Part shown: one piece after another, positions 25,989-35,988 of the stretch
How positions within the stretch are numbered: the stretch's first letter is position 1
How the letters are laid out: each line of letters starts with the position of its first letter
Position numbers and translations under genes: made by a program
Notes under the pieces: model-generated
Seen by the model: the letters and a program-made list of their open reading frames with translations, nothing else
Database searches by the model: none
Told to the model about the DNA's origin: nothing
Virus record (IMG/VR): IMGVR_UViG_3300009614_000107
Direction: 5' to 3' (one strand)
DNA: 64,000 nucleotides
DNA from: a virus
Taxonomy: Duplodnaviria > Heunggongvirae > Uroviricota > Caudoviricetes

Positions 25989-28325
25989 TTATCCAAACCA
26001 CTCATTTAGGTTTGCGAAACCTTCAACATTTTCCCAACCTATTCCAACTGCCTCTAGGATCCTCTCTAATGGGGAACGCACGGTTCTTTCAATTACCCAA
26101 TCATAATCTATTTCTATACCCTTTCCGACTAGGCTTTGCTTGTCTAGATATGAACACCAATTTGTTTGTTCCCAAGAACCGTTGTTAATCCTTTTTACTC
26201 TAAAGTACTTTACAAGATCACCTGGAACGATTTCTTCTTTAAGGAATTTATTTGACCAAATTGCACCGTCATAATATTCACCACCAGCATCCTGTTTAAG
26301 GAAGTTCTTTGAGAGGTTGACGGGGATAACTATCTGGTCGATATCGTATGTTCCACCTCTGATATCAGCCATCAACTTACCCAACTTTGCAACAAACTCC
26401 TGTGCTTGTCCGTGCAGAACCATCTCGATACACTCTTTTTGCAGTTTGCGTGTTACCTCAGATGTGTTTCCACGGATGTAGTCGAAACCCTTGATGAGGA
26501 TGTAGTCGCAGGATCGACCATCTTCTCTAATAATACGCTGTGCATATCTCTTCTTAGCACCTGTCTCTTTGCCCTTTTTCTTAATGAAAAGGCTTTCAGA
26601 GGCATACCTATCCTCTTTGATTTTGAATTTGGCTGTCTCGGCTATGCCATTTTCCTCTGCCCACTTCAGTAACTCATCGTTCATTGCAGCTTCGAGTTCT
26701 GGTACACGTTCCATTGGGGCATCGATGAATATGGAATCTGTATCACCGTAGATGACCTTGAAACCCATAGATTCTGCTCTCTTCTGGAGTCTGTGTAAAC
26801 CATCTCCAGCAGTTTTGAGAACGAAGTCTGCCTTTGCCTTTGAGAAGATACGACTGCCCTTGAATGCAAAGTATCCCCAAGCACCTGAGAGGAAAGCCTT
26901 AACCTTATCTCGTGTGTCCTTTACAACCTTGTACTGTGCAGAACCAGGCTCATATTTCAGAAGTTCCTTGTCCCACACTTCACGTTCACTTAATAAATCA
27001 TTGATAACTGCTGGACCCAACTTGCCCCAGATATCTGGAGAAGTTTCCATAGGATAACTTCTGAGGATACTTGGGTAGTATCTGCTCATATCCAGCACGA
27101 CTAAGTTTGGATAAATCTTTGGCGGTGGAGTGAACACTACACCACCATACTCTAAGTCCTCTTCACTCTGCTCCTCTGGAGAGGATGGTAGAACCATTCC
27201 AAGTCCGTGTGCTTTTCTAAGCCAGAAGCAGTCGTGACGCTTAATGTGTTCGAGTGTGTAGTTTATGTCGTGAAGCCCTACAAAGTTCTTCTCTCCCCAG
27301 AAGGACTGTATGAAGCGGTATTCCTTCCACTCACCAGTGTTGACATCCTTGAAGCCTCTGTCGAGCTTGACACAGTAGTCAACGTCCATCTTATTGTATA
27401 GAATGAACTCATCTCTCTTTGTAGGGTCAAGGTATGTATCGATTCTGAAGAATTCGGACACCATATCCTCTTGTTTGATTATCCCTTCCCTGATAACAAC
27501 TTCCTTTAGTCTGTTACCTAGGTTTGGTCTAGTCTTTGTGTAGGCATTATGTAGGTCGAAGATTTCTGTTCCAGCCCAATCAACCTTGAGATTGAACTGT
27601 TTCTTAGCCCAAGCATCAAAGTACTCGGTATCAAATCTGATATTCCAGCCTGTAACTATATCTGGCTTGAGGTAGTCAAAATACTTCTGGATATAATCAA
27701 TTAGAGCAACGTAAGAAGCAACGTGAACAACTTTCCAGTTCTCCTCTCTTTGCTCAACCTGTGTGGCCAAGAACCGATCATCAACAACAAACGTGATATA
27801 TTGCTCACTTTTGTTGTCCCAGAAGGTGACACAGATAATTGGCTGAGTTGGGTTGTTCTTGTTTGGGAATCTGATGCCCTGAGCCTTTGTCTCAATGTCC
27901 ATATAGACAACTAGAGGCTGGAGAACAACATTGGCTGGTTTTATGGTGTCAAATGGAATGATTGAAGAGTTCCCATCATAGTAGAATGAGGATTTGACAC
28001 CTGTGTCAATCAGCATACGTTCTACAAATTCAATATCTGCTTCCCAATGCTTTGAGAAATTGTCTCTGTGGTTACTTACTTCAAGTGGATTTTGAACAAC
28101 TATTTTTACTAACTTTTCACCGTCTTTTGAAATGAACCCAGGCTCAATGCGTTTAATCCAAGGTGCATTCTCTGGAATTGATTCACCATCGTGGACGTAC
28201 ATATAAGGGTCGAACTTGGAGATTCTGAACATTCTCTTCTCTCCAGTGTTCGAGCGACAGTAAATATTAATGAAGCCTGTCTCTCCATCGTAATGACCTT
28301 TAACGTACTGCCAGACAGTGGACAT
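25989..28325 (-). CDS. polB: family B DNA polymerase with 3'-5' exonuclease domain
   Basis: Exo I MDIET, Exo II WNIRFDTEYF, Exo III YNKMDVDY, Pol A LDMSRYYPS, Pol C VIYGDTDSIFI. Confidence 0.9.
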   Translation of the reverse strand: MSTVWQYVKGHYDGETGFINIYCRSNTGEKRMFRISKFDPYMYVHDGESIPENAPWIKRIEPGFISKDGEKLVKIVVQNPLEVSNHRDNFSKHWEADIEFVERMLIDTGVKSSFYYDGNSSIIPFDTIKPANVVLQPLVVYMDIETKAQGIRFPNKNNPTQPIICVTFWDNKSEQYITFVVDDRFLATQVEQREENWKVVHVASYVALIDYIQKYFDYLKPDIVTGWNIRFDTEYFDAWAKKQFNLKVDWAGTEIFDLHNAYTKTRPNLGNRLKEVVIREGIIKQEDMVSEFFRIDTYLDPTKRDEFILYNKMDVDYCVKLDRGFKDVNTGEWKEYRFIQSFWGEKNFVGLHDINYTLEHIKRHDCFWLRKAHGLGMVLPSSPEEQSEEDLEYGGVVFTPPPKIYPNLVVLDMSRYYPSILRSYPMETSPDIWGKLGPAVINDLLSEREVWDKELLKYEPGSAQYKVVKDTRDKVKAFLSGAWGYFAFKGSRIFSKAKADFVLKTAGDGLHRLQKRAESMGFKVIYGDTDSIFIDAPMERVPELEAAMNDELLKWAEENGIAETAKFKIKEDRYASESLFIKKKGKETGAKKRYAQRIIREDGRSCDYILIKGFDYIRGNTSEVTRKLQKECIEMVLHGQAQEFVAKLGKLMADIRGGTYDIDQIVIPVNLSKNFLKQDAGGEYYDGAIWSNKFLKEEIVPGDLVKYFRVKRINNGSWEQTNWCSYLDKQSLVGKGIEIDYDWVIERTVRSPLERILEAVGIGWENVEGFANLNEWFG

Positions 28326-28435
28326 AGAATCAGCCTGTCTTGTTTTTATTTACTGATTCTCCAAATTGAATTGCTTGGTAGGTCATACCCACATTTTTCT
28401 GTCCGTGGATGGAGATTGTTATATATTTATCTTTT

Positions 28436-29464
28436 TTAGAGTTGACCATTATTCATTAATTCCTCCTCTTCCTGTCTAGCATCTGGGTTGCGAATTGGAC
28501 AGTCTGAGAATCTATCGTATAGGCAAGCACCCCTTGTTTTAAGCCTTGTGCAGGAGTACTCCTTGAGATCCATACAGGAATGGATTTGGCTGATTGTTGT
28601 GTCGTAATCCCAGTCTACCCATTTGAGTTGGGCATACATATCGGCTATCTGGTGTGGTTTCCAGAATCTGAGTAAATCAACTGTGGCTGCTACACGAATG
28701 AAATGGAGTGGGTTAGGAGCACAAAGTGCCTTGAAGATGCAGGGACGAAGTTGTCCTTCTAGATAGATTGGTGCAGAGTTCTCGGATGAACTTGTATTGA
28801 ATAGAGGTGCTTCTTCGTCTGTCTCTATCCGTTTTATCTTTGAGAGATCGACTGTCTTGAAGTCATAGAGTGTCTTGTTTGGCACTGAAACTGTGTTAAA
28901 CTCGTGTGGCATCTTAGTCCAATTTACAACGTCCTTCCAGGACATATCAAGGAACCAAGGCGGTAGAGCAACACAGTAACTTGCATTGTTTGGCGGTCTG
29001 CGTGTGTTTGGTAGACGGCTGTATCTGCTGATGTCACCTATGCAGTGTGGGTCAACGGTTGTTTTAACATAATCATCTTCACCAAAGGTATCTATCAGGA
29101 TACGATAGGTAGAAGATGTTAGCAACTTCTTTGAGTCTGGATATTGACGTGGGGTAAGGAGAACATAGAGATGTATGCCCTTCTTACCAGATGCCACAGG
29201 AACGACTGTATGCTTCTGCTTTACGAGATATTGAAAAATGGCTTTAGAATCTTCCAGAGCTCGCCCATATCCATCAAAGTCAAAATATACCTTGTCTATC
29301 ATTCCACTTAGAGGATATATTTTAACGAAGCAGTCATTCACGCCTTCGTTATAAGATAAAAAACTTTTGAGTTGCTTGATATCAAAAACTATGGTATCAA
29401 TTGGATTTCCCACTATCCTTGGGAACTGACCAAAAAGCTGGAGAGTGAGAAGATCAGGGATCAA
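28436..29464 (-). CDS. archaeo-eukaryotic primase (PriS-like) with C-terminal Cys cluster
   Basis: motif I VYFDFDG, motif II SGKKGIHLY, motif III VDPHCIGDISRYSRLPNTRRP; four C-terminal Cys. Confidence 0.7.
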   Translation of the reverse strand: MIPDLLTLQLFGQFPRIVGNPIDTIVFDIKQLKSFLSYNEGVNDCFVKIYPLSGMIDKVYFDFDGYGRALEDSKAIFQYLVKQKHTVVPVASGKKGIHLYVLLTPRQYPDSKKLLTSSTYRILIDTFGEDDYVKTTVDPHCIGDISRYSRLPNTRRPPNNASYCVALPPWFLDMSWKDVVNWTKMPHEFNTVSVPNKTLYDFKTVDLSKIKRIETDEEAPLFNTSSSENSAPIYLEGQLRPCIFKALCAPNPLHFIRVAATVDLLRFWKPHQIADMYAQLKWVDWDYDTTISQIHSCMDLKEYSCTRLKTRGACLYDRFSDCPIRNPDARQEEEELMNNGQL

Positions 29465-29469
29465 TTTTT

Positions 29470-30027
29470 TTATCCTCCAATAGTAAACAACCCAATATCA
29501 TTGAAATTTATCTTTGCATATTTACCAAACAATTCAATGGCTTTACTATCATAGGCTCTAGCTGCATCTTCTTCTGTATTAAATGTGCCTAAATATATTA
29601 TTGTTCCATCTTTCACTATACGACTATACCATTTATTATTGTTTTTACTCACACCTTTATATTTGCTTAAACACATTTTTCTATTTCGTGTTTTCTGCTT
29701 TCTACTATTAAATTTATTTTGCTGGTTTGAAACTATTCTTAAATTACACTTACGATTATCAAGACCATCACCATTAATATGATCGATTTGCTCATTTGAA
29801 TTTACATTTAAAATTAATCTATGTATTGAATTTCCTTTGTTGCCAACTCTTCCAGATTCTGCATACCAGATACCATCTCTTTTATTGGCATACCAAGTAT
29901 GATTTTTTACATTATCATAATCTTCTGAATCTATAATAGCAGATTTATTTTGAGTTAATGAAATTATACAAATTTTACTTAATTTATCTTCAATTATTTT
30001 ATTATGTTTTCTGCTACCAAATTTCAT
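29470..30027 (-). CDS. HNH-AP2 homing endonuclease
   Basis: HNH IDHINGDGLDNRKCNLRIVSNQQN plus AP2 domain YKGVSKNNNKWYSRIVKDGTIIYLGTFNTEEDAARAYD; extremely AT-rich. Confidence 0.75.
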   Translation of the reverse strand: MKFGSRKHNKIIEDKLSKICIISLTQNKSAIIDSEDYDNVKNHTWYANKRDGIWYAESGRVGNKGNSIHRLILNVNSNEQIDHINGDGLDNRKCNLRIVSNQQNKFNSRKQKTRNRKMCLSKYKGVSKNNNKWYSRIVKDGTIIYLGTFNTEEDAARAYDSKAIELFGKYAKINFNDIGLFTIGG

Positions 30028-30040
30028 TTTTAGACACCAT

Positions 30041-30262
30041 TTATTTCATATCTTTTCTGACATCCACCTTTGGAGGGATTGTAATGACACTGTTGGCTTG
30101 TGTTACACCAAAAATTGGATGTCCTTTTGGATCAAATTTGTTGTCGAACACAAGAGACACAACACTTGTACGTATCAATATAGTGTAACCTTTGAACTTA
30201 CCCTCTGTCACTGTAACCTGTAATTCTCCAGACTTATCAGATTTAAAATCAATGAATTCCAT
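30041..30262 (-). CDS. hypothetical protein
   Basis: ORF. Confidence 0.4.
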   Translation of the reverse strand: MEFIDFKSDKSGELQVTVTEGKFKGYTILIRTSVVSLVFDNKFDPKGHPIFGVTQANSVITIPPKVDVRKDMK

Positions 30263-30272
30263 AAAAAATCGC

Positions 30273-31064
30273 CTAAGTAACTGCTGTCATATACATAAGC
30301 GAGAAGGTATCGTTGAGTTGGGTGATAAAGATTCCTCTCTCGTAGATAGTCACCACAACATTATCTGAGAAGTTTGCTAGGATATCTGCTAGGTGGTCGA
30401 TGAAGAATGTATAGTCTATCTTCTCACCCTGACCAGCAGTTCTAGGCTTCATAACTTCTAGGGGTGTAATCTTCTCACTATATTCACCACCTAGAGTGAA
30501 GTAGAGTGTAAGGCTTGGGCCATTTGTTCTATATGTGACCTTATCGATGCCCTTTGGTGTTGAGAGTGCAGATGCAGGAACCCTGATTTGGTAGTGTATA
30601 GGACGATCTTCCTTGGCTGGTAGCCAACCGATTGTAGGCTTCTCAGCAATAGTCATTTTGAGAGGCTGAACCTCTGGGTTAGATAAGACAGGGTGATAGT
30701 CAGATCGTGTGCCTGAAATGTTGAGTCTGCTATTAGGTATGTCTGTTTCGACAGTAATTTCTGCTTCACTGCCAAATTTGAGACTCTGCATATTTGCAAA
30801 CAATTCCTTTGTAAGTTTGATTGTCTCTGGTGCTGGGCATTCATACTTTGTGAAATATCCAGGCTTGAATGTGTTGTGAACACCAAATGTTCCAGCTCTG
30901 CTGGTTGATGTTGTCACCAACTCTGGTGTGAATGAAACTTCCATTGCTTCGAAGTGATTATTGATTAATCCCTTGCGAATGATATCAAGGAACTTCTGTG
31001 GACTACAACTGAATTTTGTCAATCTTCCTTCACCTTTACTATCTCGTGCTGTCTCTTCCTGCAC
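30273..31064 (-). CDS. hypothetical protein (size and position compatible with a divergent sliding clamp; unverified)
   Basis: 263 aa between primase and clamp-loader genes; no diagnostic motif seen. Confidence 0.4.
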   Translation of the reverse strand: MQEETARDSKGEGRLTKFSCSPQKFLDIIRKGLINNHFEAMEVSFTPELVTTSTSRAGTFGVHNTFKPGYFTKYECPAPETIKLTKELFANMQSLKFGSEAEITVETDIPNSRLNISGTRSDYHPVLSNPEVQPLKMTIAEKPTIGWLPAKEDRPIHYQIRVPASALSTPKGIDKVTYRTNGPSLTLYFTLGGEYSEKITPLEVMKPRTAGQGEKIDYTFFIDHLADILANFSDNVVVTIYERGIFITQLNDTFSLMYMTAVT

Positions 31065-31282
31065 GTTTTATGGATGTGCCATTTCTGTCCATTTCTAGTG
31101 ACAGAAACCCTATCTGCACGTATTATATGCTTGCCACATATTGGACAAGTTTCTAGATTGGGCTGGATGTGACCGTTCTCGAAGGTCATCTCTGGATGCA
31201 CAATCTTTACTTTGTTATGGTAAAAAATTGGATTGTTTGGATTTCCCATTACTTTTTCTCCTCCACTACTAACCTCTTCCAA
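31019..31282 (-). CDS. zinc-ribbon protein
   Basis: CPICGKH...HKTCRK. Confidence 0.4.
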   Translation of the reverse strand: MEEVSSGGEKVMGNPNNPIFYHNKVKIVHPEMTFENGHIQPNLETCPICGKHIIRADRVSVTRNGQKWHIHKTCRKRQHEIVKVKED

Positions 31283-32346
31283 ATATCTACTTTTCCTGGT
31301 TCACAGGTGATATCTGCCTTGTGTCCTGTTGGCATATCTGTATGCTTGGATGATATGATGTGGGCATAGAATCTTGGGATTCCTGTTTCCTTATTGATGT
31401 CAACCGTGTTCTCTATCACGATGTCTGTCTGTTCCTCAACGATGTCAACCCAGATTGGAACTTTCTTCTTCTCGACTACCATTCCAGCGATCTTGGTTTC
31501 TTCCCACTCGTACTTGGTGCAGAAGATGACACCCTGCTTGACGATGCTTCCTATCTTGATGAACAGTTGCTTGATGTAGAGCCTACGATCCTTCCAGTAC
31601 TGCCATTCCACACCCTGTGTGAGCTTGAGGTTGTTCCTGAACCTCATAACGTTCTCGGCTATAGACTTGTACTCTTCGAACCCGTCTATGATTATCCAGT
31701 CTGGATATTCTGACTGAGCACCTGACTTAATCTTGTCTAGGATAGCATTGATGAATTGGAATGTAATCTCTGAGGACATTAGTGTTGCATCTGGAGAACT
31801 GTAGTCCATATACTTGATGGCGTTCATAATGGTAATTCTTGTATCAGACTTGAACATTGTGAACCAAGCCTCAACTGTCTTGTTATCAAAAGACAGTGCA
31901 AGGACTTTTCCAGGTGCTGAAAGTGCCAGAGTTGACTTAGATGTACCTTTACCACCAAAAATGGTGATGTATTTGAGGCTACTCGGTGCTTGTGGTGTGA
32001 AATCAAATTCCTTTGGCATCTCAGGTAGAGGTGCATCGGGAAGAGCATTCTTTCTTGTATCTAATGAAGAAAGTCCTGCCAATAATGGATTAGGTATTGG
32101 TTGTGCCATCTTTGGTGTTTCCTTCATATCAAGAAGTCCACCACCTGGATTTCCTTTTGGATTAAGTGATTCCTGTGGTGCTATAGTTTGTGCTGGTGCT
32201 TGCTCTATTGGTTTGAGAGGTTCTTTTGGAGGAACTTGTTCCTTTGGCTTTTCCTCAACTACTGGTGCTTGGGGTACAGGAGCAGGAGTTTCCTTCTTCT
32301 CCTCTACCTTTGGTGGGCCTTTCTTAAACAGTTCCTCTATAGACAT
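31249..32346 (-). CDS. RecA-superfamily P-loop ATPase with Pro-rich N-terminal region
   Basis: Walker A FGGKGTSKST, Walker B-like IIIDGFEEY; N-terminal PAPVPQAPVVEEKPKEQVPPKEP. Confidence 0.5.
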   Translation of the reverse strand: MSIEELFKKGPPKVEEKKETPAPVPQAPVVEEKPKEQVPPKEPLKPIEQAPAQTIAPQESLNPKGNPGGGLLDMKETPKMAQPIPNPLLAGLSSLDTRKNALPDAPLPEMPKEFDFTPQAPSSLKYITIFGGKGTSKSTLALSAPGKVLALSFDNKTVEAWFTMFKSDTRITIMNAIKYMDYSSPDATLMSSEITFQFINAILDKIKSGAQSEYPDWIIIDGFEEYKSIAENVMRFRNNLKLTQGVEWQYWKDRRLYIKQLFIKIGSIVKQGVIFCTKYEWEETKIAGMVVEKKKVPIWVDIVEEQTDIVIENTVDINKETGIPRFYAHIISSKHTDMPTGHKADITCEPGKVDIWKRLVVEEKK

Positions 32347-32351
32347 TTAGT

Positions 32352-33338
32352 TTAACGCTCCTCAATTCCTTGGCTCATACTGAAGATTGGCATTATCAAG
32401 CCAGCCTTCATACTAGTTTTGACCTGACCTGTCTTTTCATCCTTCTTATTGGATACAGCACCTAGGAATGCAGCGTAGTCGTTCTCAGACTGTGCCTGTA
32501 GGAACTCTGGTGCAGCATAGCAATCAATACCTGGATAGACTGTAAAGTTCTTAGCGTCTTGGTAGGCGGTTTCCTTCACTGTAAGGTCAGTGATTGTGCA
32601 TCGACCATACTTGACAGGTTGACCATCAAGTTCGATTACATTTCCTGCATCATCCTTGGAGTTGTTGATTCTCGGTGGACCTGAGAAGTTGCCAAGTATG
32701 CAACGCCAGTCACAAGGATCAACAAAGCCATCAGACTTAGTTTTTGATGGATTTGCCTTTGCTTGCTCAATTGTCACTATTGGAGTATTGAGGATTTGAC
32801 ATAGAGCGTAGACATCTAGACTCTGAGGTCTGGGTGAACCGAATGAACACCTACCATCGTAGGTGAAATCACCCTCTACACCACCAGCACTCCTGCGTCT
32901 TGCAAGAACTGCTGTGTAGATATTTAGAGGATTGAGGACTTTATAGATACCAGCATATTTCCCATCAGATGAGAGTCTGTAAATCTTGAGTCCAGTTCCT
33001 TCTCTAAGACCTAAGAATAGAGTTGCACTAGCACGTTTGGAACCCTTTGCGACTGTCATACCAGATGTACCTAGATAAACGATATCATAGTTATTCACTG
33101 GTGGCATATTCACTATTTGGTTCCAGACAGTTGAGATTGCTATTGTTTGTGCCTTCGCAATCTTCTCATCTGCGGAGAGATTCGGGTGTACAATGTTGAC
33201 TTGTTGAATACTCATCTTAAAAACTCGTAAGTATTCCTGAAGGATAACTTCCTTCGAATTTCCTGTCCTTGAAACCAGTTGAGCAATCTGTGCTTCAATG
33301 GCTTCAGGGAGTGTTTGAGGATGTTCAATGACGGACAT
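32352..33338 (-). CDS. hypothetical protein
   Basis: 328 aa in replication module. Confidence 0.45.
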   Translation of the reverse strand: MSVIEHPQTLPEAIEAQIAQLVSRTGNSKEVILQEYLRVFKMSIQQVNIVHPNLSADEKIAKAQTIAISTVWNQIVNMPPVNNYDIVYLGTSGMTVAKGSKRASATLFLGLREGTGLKIYRLSSDGKYAGIYKVLNPLNIYTAVLARRRSAGGVEGDFTYDGRCSFGSPRPQSLDVYALCQILNTPIVTIEQAKANPSKTKSDGFVDPCDWRCILGNFSGPPRINNSKDDAGNVIELDGQPVKYGRCTITDLTVKETAYQDAKNFTVYPGIDCYAAPEFLQAQSENDYAAFLGAVSNKKDEKTGQVKTSMKAGLIMPIFSMSQGIEER

Positions 33339-33370
33339 AACAGCGTCAATACGTAACCCCCACTATAAAC

Positions 33371-33382
33371 TTTATAAATATT
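33371..33382. promoter_or_regulatory. TTTATAAATATT promoter element (minus-strand gene 32352..33338)
   Basis: divergent intergenic region. Confidence 0.55.
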
Positions 33383-33420
33383 ATCGGCTAGACGGATTTC
33401 TTGTTTTTCATAATTTAAAA

Positions 33421-33432
33421 AATATTTATAAA
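33421..33432. promoter_or_regulatory. AATATTTATAAA promoter element in plus orientation (rfcS)
   Basis: reverse-complement copy about 80 nt upstream of plus-strand gene 33514. Confidence 0.55.
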
Positions 33433-33513
33433 GTGTCTGCCTTGTATTTGTATGGTTTCAAATGCTTCCAACTAGCTTAGTGATTTCACAAGTTTTCAAT
33501 GTGAGGGATCGGT

Positions 33514-34497
33514 TTGAGTAATCAAAGACTTACTGAGAAATATAGACCCCAAAAATGGGATGATGTAGTCGGTCAGGACAAGATAATCAAGTCCATTAAG
33601 AACACCGTTGACAGGGCTAAAATGATGAAAGGTGAGGGTATTACTCCACATTTCTTATTTGTTGGTCCTCCAGGTTGTGGTAAAACAACAGTTGCAGAGA
33701 TTGTAGGTAGGGAACTTGGGTTTGAGACTATAGAGTTTAATGCCTCTGATGATAGAACACTTGTTTTTGTTAGAGAGGAAATCAAGAAACTAGCTGCATT
33801 TGCTGGTGTTCACGTAATCATTCTGGACGAGTTTGACGAAATGATCAAGCCAGCTCAGATGGCTATGAAGAGGATTATGGAAACAACTGATTCAATTTTC
33901 ATACTCTTGGCAAACCACGATTGGAAGATTGAAGATGCTATCAAGAGTCGATGTGCAAAGTTTACCTTTGAGAGAATCAAAGATGATATTATTGAGAAGA
34001 AGATTGTATCCATAATTATGGCAGAGGGAATCAAGTTCTCACCTACAGAAGAAGTCAAACAGGGTCTGAAGGACTTGGTAAAGAATGCCGATGGTGATCT
34101 TAGGAAGGCTATAAACGACTTGGAAAGTATCACAGACGCAAGCAAATACATTACAAATGATTCCGTTGCTTTACTCCAGAGGCCAATCGGACTTGGTTTG
34201 GTTGCTCTAACTTATGCTTTACAGGGTGACTTTGATAGTGCAAAGGAGAACATTGAGAAAACATATGTTGAGGGAAAATATGATCCAAGAAAGACTATTC
34301 ACGAACTTTACGAAGCTATTCCAAAACTACAGCTAGATCAGGAAATTAAAATCAGAATGTATGAGAAGTTAGCCAGAACAGATGCTGATATGAAATATGG
34401 TGGGGATCCTGTAATCCACCTGATTGGCTTCGTAGCTTTTGTTTGGCTACTACCACACCTTAGTAAGTGTCCAGTTCTAAGTACAAGTGGGGTTTAA
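33514..34497 (+). CDS. rfcS: replication factor C small subunit (clamp-loader AAA+ ATPase)
   Basis: Walker A GPPGCGKTT, NASDDR RFC box, DEFDEM, SRC motif (IKSRCAKF). Confidence 0.8.
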   Translation: MSNQRLTEKYRPQKWDDVVGQDKIIKSIKNTVDRAKMMKGEGITPHFLFVGPPGCGKTTVAEIVGRELGFETIEFNASDDRTLVFVREEIKKLAAFAGVHVIILDEFDEMIKPAQMAMKRIMETTDSIFILLANHDWKIEDAIKSRCAKFTFERIKDDIIEKKIVSIIMAEGIKFSPTEEVKQGLKDLVKNADGDLRKAINDLESITDASKYITNDSVALLQRPIGLGLVALTYALQGDFDSAKENIEKTYVEGKYDPRKTIHELYEAIPKLQLDQEIKIRMYEKLARTDADMKYGGDPVIHLIGFVAFVWLLPHLSKCPVLSTSGV

Positions 34498-34981
34498 GAT
34501 GCCAACACAATCAAAGGTCATAGGTAACAATGTTGTCACTAACCCAATTGGAGAAAAGATAGAGGATAATTACATACATATCTATCCAGGCACTGAAGTA
34601 ACAATAAGGTTGGCAAAAAGTTTTGCAGACGAACTTAGTGACCTTGGATATGTTGGTGTAGAAAGGACAGACGATAGAACAAAGTCTGTGGATTTGCCTG
34701 TAAACATAATCCATATGCAGGATGAATTAATGATATCATTCTACAGGCACGATCTTGGTGAACCTATGCCCTGTAAGTTACATAACTTTGTAATTGACGG
34801 TATCTCAGATACAATACAGGACATACTCCGATCTAGGGCAGATGTTGTGTCAAGAATTAAATATGAGGGTGTGTCGGTAGTAGTGGGCGAACTTCCCCAA
34901 GTTATTCATATGTACTTCGATATGTTGAAGTTAGAGAAACTTGGAAGGAAGGAAGAGAAGTTAGATTCGTGGTTTGGGTGA
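34487..34981 (+). CDS. hypothetical protein
   Basis: ORF overlapping rfcS stop. Confidence 0.45.
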   Translation: MGFKMPTQSKVIGNNVVTNPIGEKIEDNYIHIYPGTEVTIRLAKSFADELSDLGYVGVERTDDRTKSVDLPVNIIHMQDELMISFYRHDLGEPMPCKLHNFVIDGISDTIQDILRSRADVVSRIKYEGVSVVVGELPQVIHMYFDMLKLEKLGRKEEKLDSWFG

Positions 34982-34987
34982 TAATCC

Positions 34988-35725
34988 TTGCAAATGGGTC
35001 CAATTAGTCAGTCACAGATGTATTATGCAGAACATTGCCCACATAGTTGGTATTTCTATAGAATCAAGGCACAACAAATCCAAGGTGATATGTCCTATGC
35101 CACAATTGGAACCGTGATTCACGAATCAATTGAGGAGTATTTCAAATCAATCAGTGAAAATCCACATAGTGGACAAATCACAGGTACATTTAAAACGATT
35201 GTTGACAAGAACTGGAGTGTTTACGAATCTTTACTCAAGGAGTACTCTGGTAGAAAAGACAAGTGTGTTAATAACTTTGTCAACTTCGAAGTAAATAGAG
35301 CAGCTACAGCAAAGAAATACAAGCCAACTCTTATCGAACAAGATTTGAAGGCAATTATCAAGAGGATAGAGTACAGGGCAATAATAGACGCTTACTGGGA
35401 AGATGAGGGACTGATAGCAGACTGGAAAACAGGGAATAAGAATATGCTAAGTCCACAGGATTATCTTCAGGGACAAATTGAGACAATGCTCCTGAGAGAG
35501 CACGGATACAACGTTAAGAGAGTTGTCTTTGTAAGTCTCTTTTCTGGACTTGTACTTGAACTTCCAAAGGTAACAGATGAATACGTTCACGAGAAAGCAA
35601 TGAAAATGATAAATTATTGGAATACAGGTATATTCCCAAAAATTAGAGGACAAGGTTGCAATATGTGTAACTGGAATCTGAGATGTAAATTAGAAGATAG
35701 AGGGATATGTTTATGGCAACTATAG
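34988..35725 (+). CDS. Cas4/RecB-family PD-(D/E)xK nuclease with Fe-S cysteines
   Basis: N-terminal HCPHSWYF, C-terminal CNMCNWNLRC. Confidence 0.6.
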   Translation: MQMGPISQSQMYYAEHCPHSWYFYRIKAQQIQGDMSYATIGTVIHESIEEYFKSISENPHSGQITGTFKTIVDKNWSVYESLLKEYSGRKDKCVNNFVNFEVNRAATAKKYKPTLIEQDLKAIIKRIEYRAIIDAYWEDEGLIADWKTGNKNMLSPQDYLQGQIETMLLREHGYNVKRVVFVSLFSGLVLELPKVTDEYVHEKAMKMINYWNTGIFPKIRGQGCNMCNWNLRCKLEDRGICLWQL

Positions 35726-35988
35726 ACGAGCCAGTTTCTCTACCAAAATCTGGTAGATGCAAACGTTGTGGCAGACAACTATCAGATCACACTAGCATTC
35801 TTTTTGAAATGGGACCAGTCTGCCGTGCTAAAGAAGGAATGAAAATAACAAAACCTAGGGTGCATAAAGTAGATTTAACTATCAAGAAACCGAAGGTACA
35901 TACATTTAAATTTAAGAAGGTAGAAGGTACTGCACCCACCTTCGATTTCGAAGATTGGTTCAGCAATAAAGAGGAGAAAGAGCAATGA
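35707..35988 (+). CDS. zinc-ribbon protein
   Basis: CKRCGRQ...PVCRAK. Confidence 0.45.
   Translation: MFMATIDEPVSLPKSGRCKRCGRQLSDHTSILFEMGPVCRAKEGMKITKPRVHKVDLTIKKPKVHTFKFKKVEGTAPTFDFEDWFSNKEEKEQ

Noticed and set aside
30273-31064. Calling this ORF PCNA
   Set aside because: Size and genomic position fit a sliding clamp, but I could not recognise any PCNA sequence signature by eye; left as hypothetical pending structure-based search.
31360-32350. Plus-strand ORFs 31360..31713, 31814..32350 (178 aa) and minus 31824..32048
   Set aside because: Antisense to or alternative frames of the P-loop ATPase gene 31249..32346; low-complexity Gly/Ser/Ala-rich translations typical of antisense reading of a Pro-rich coding tract.
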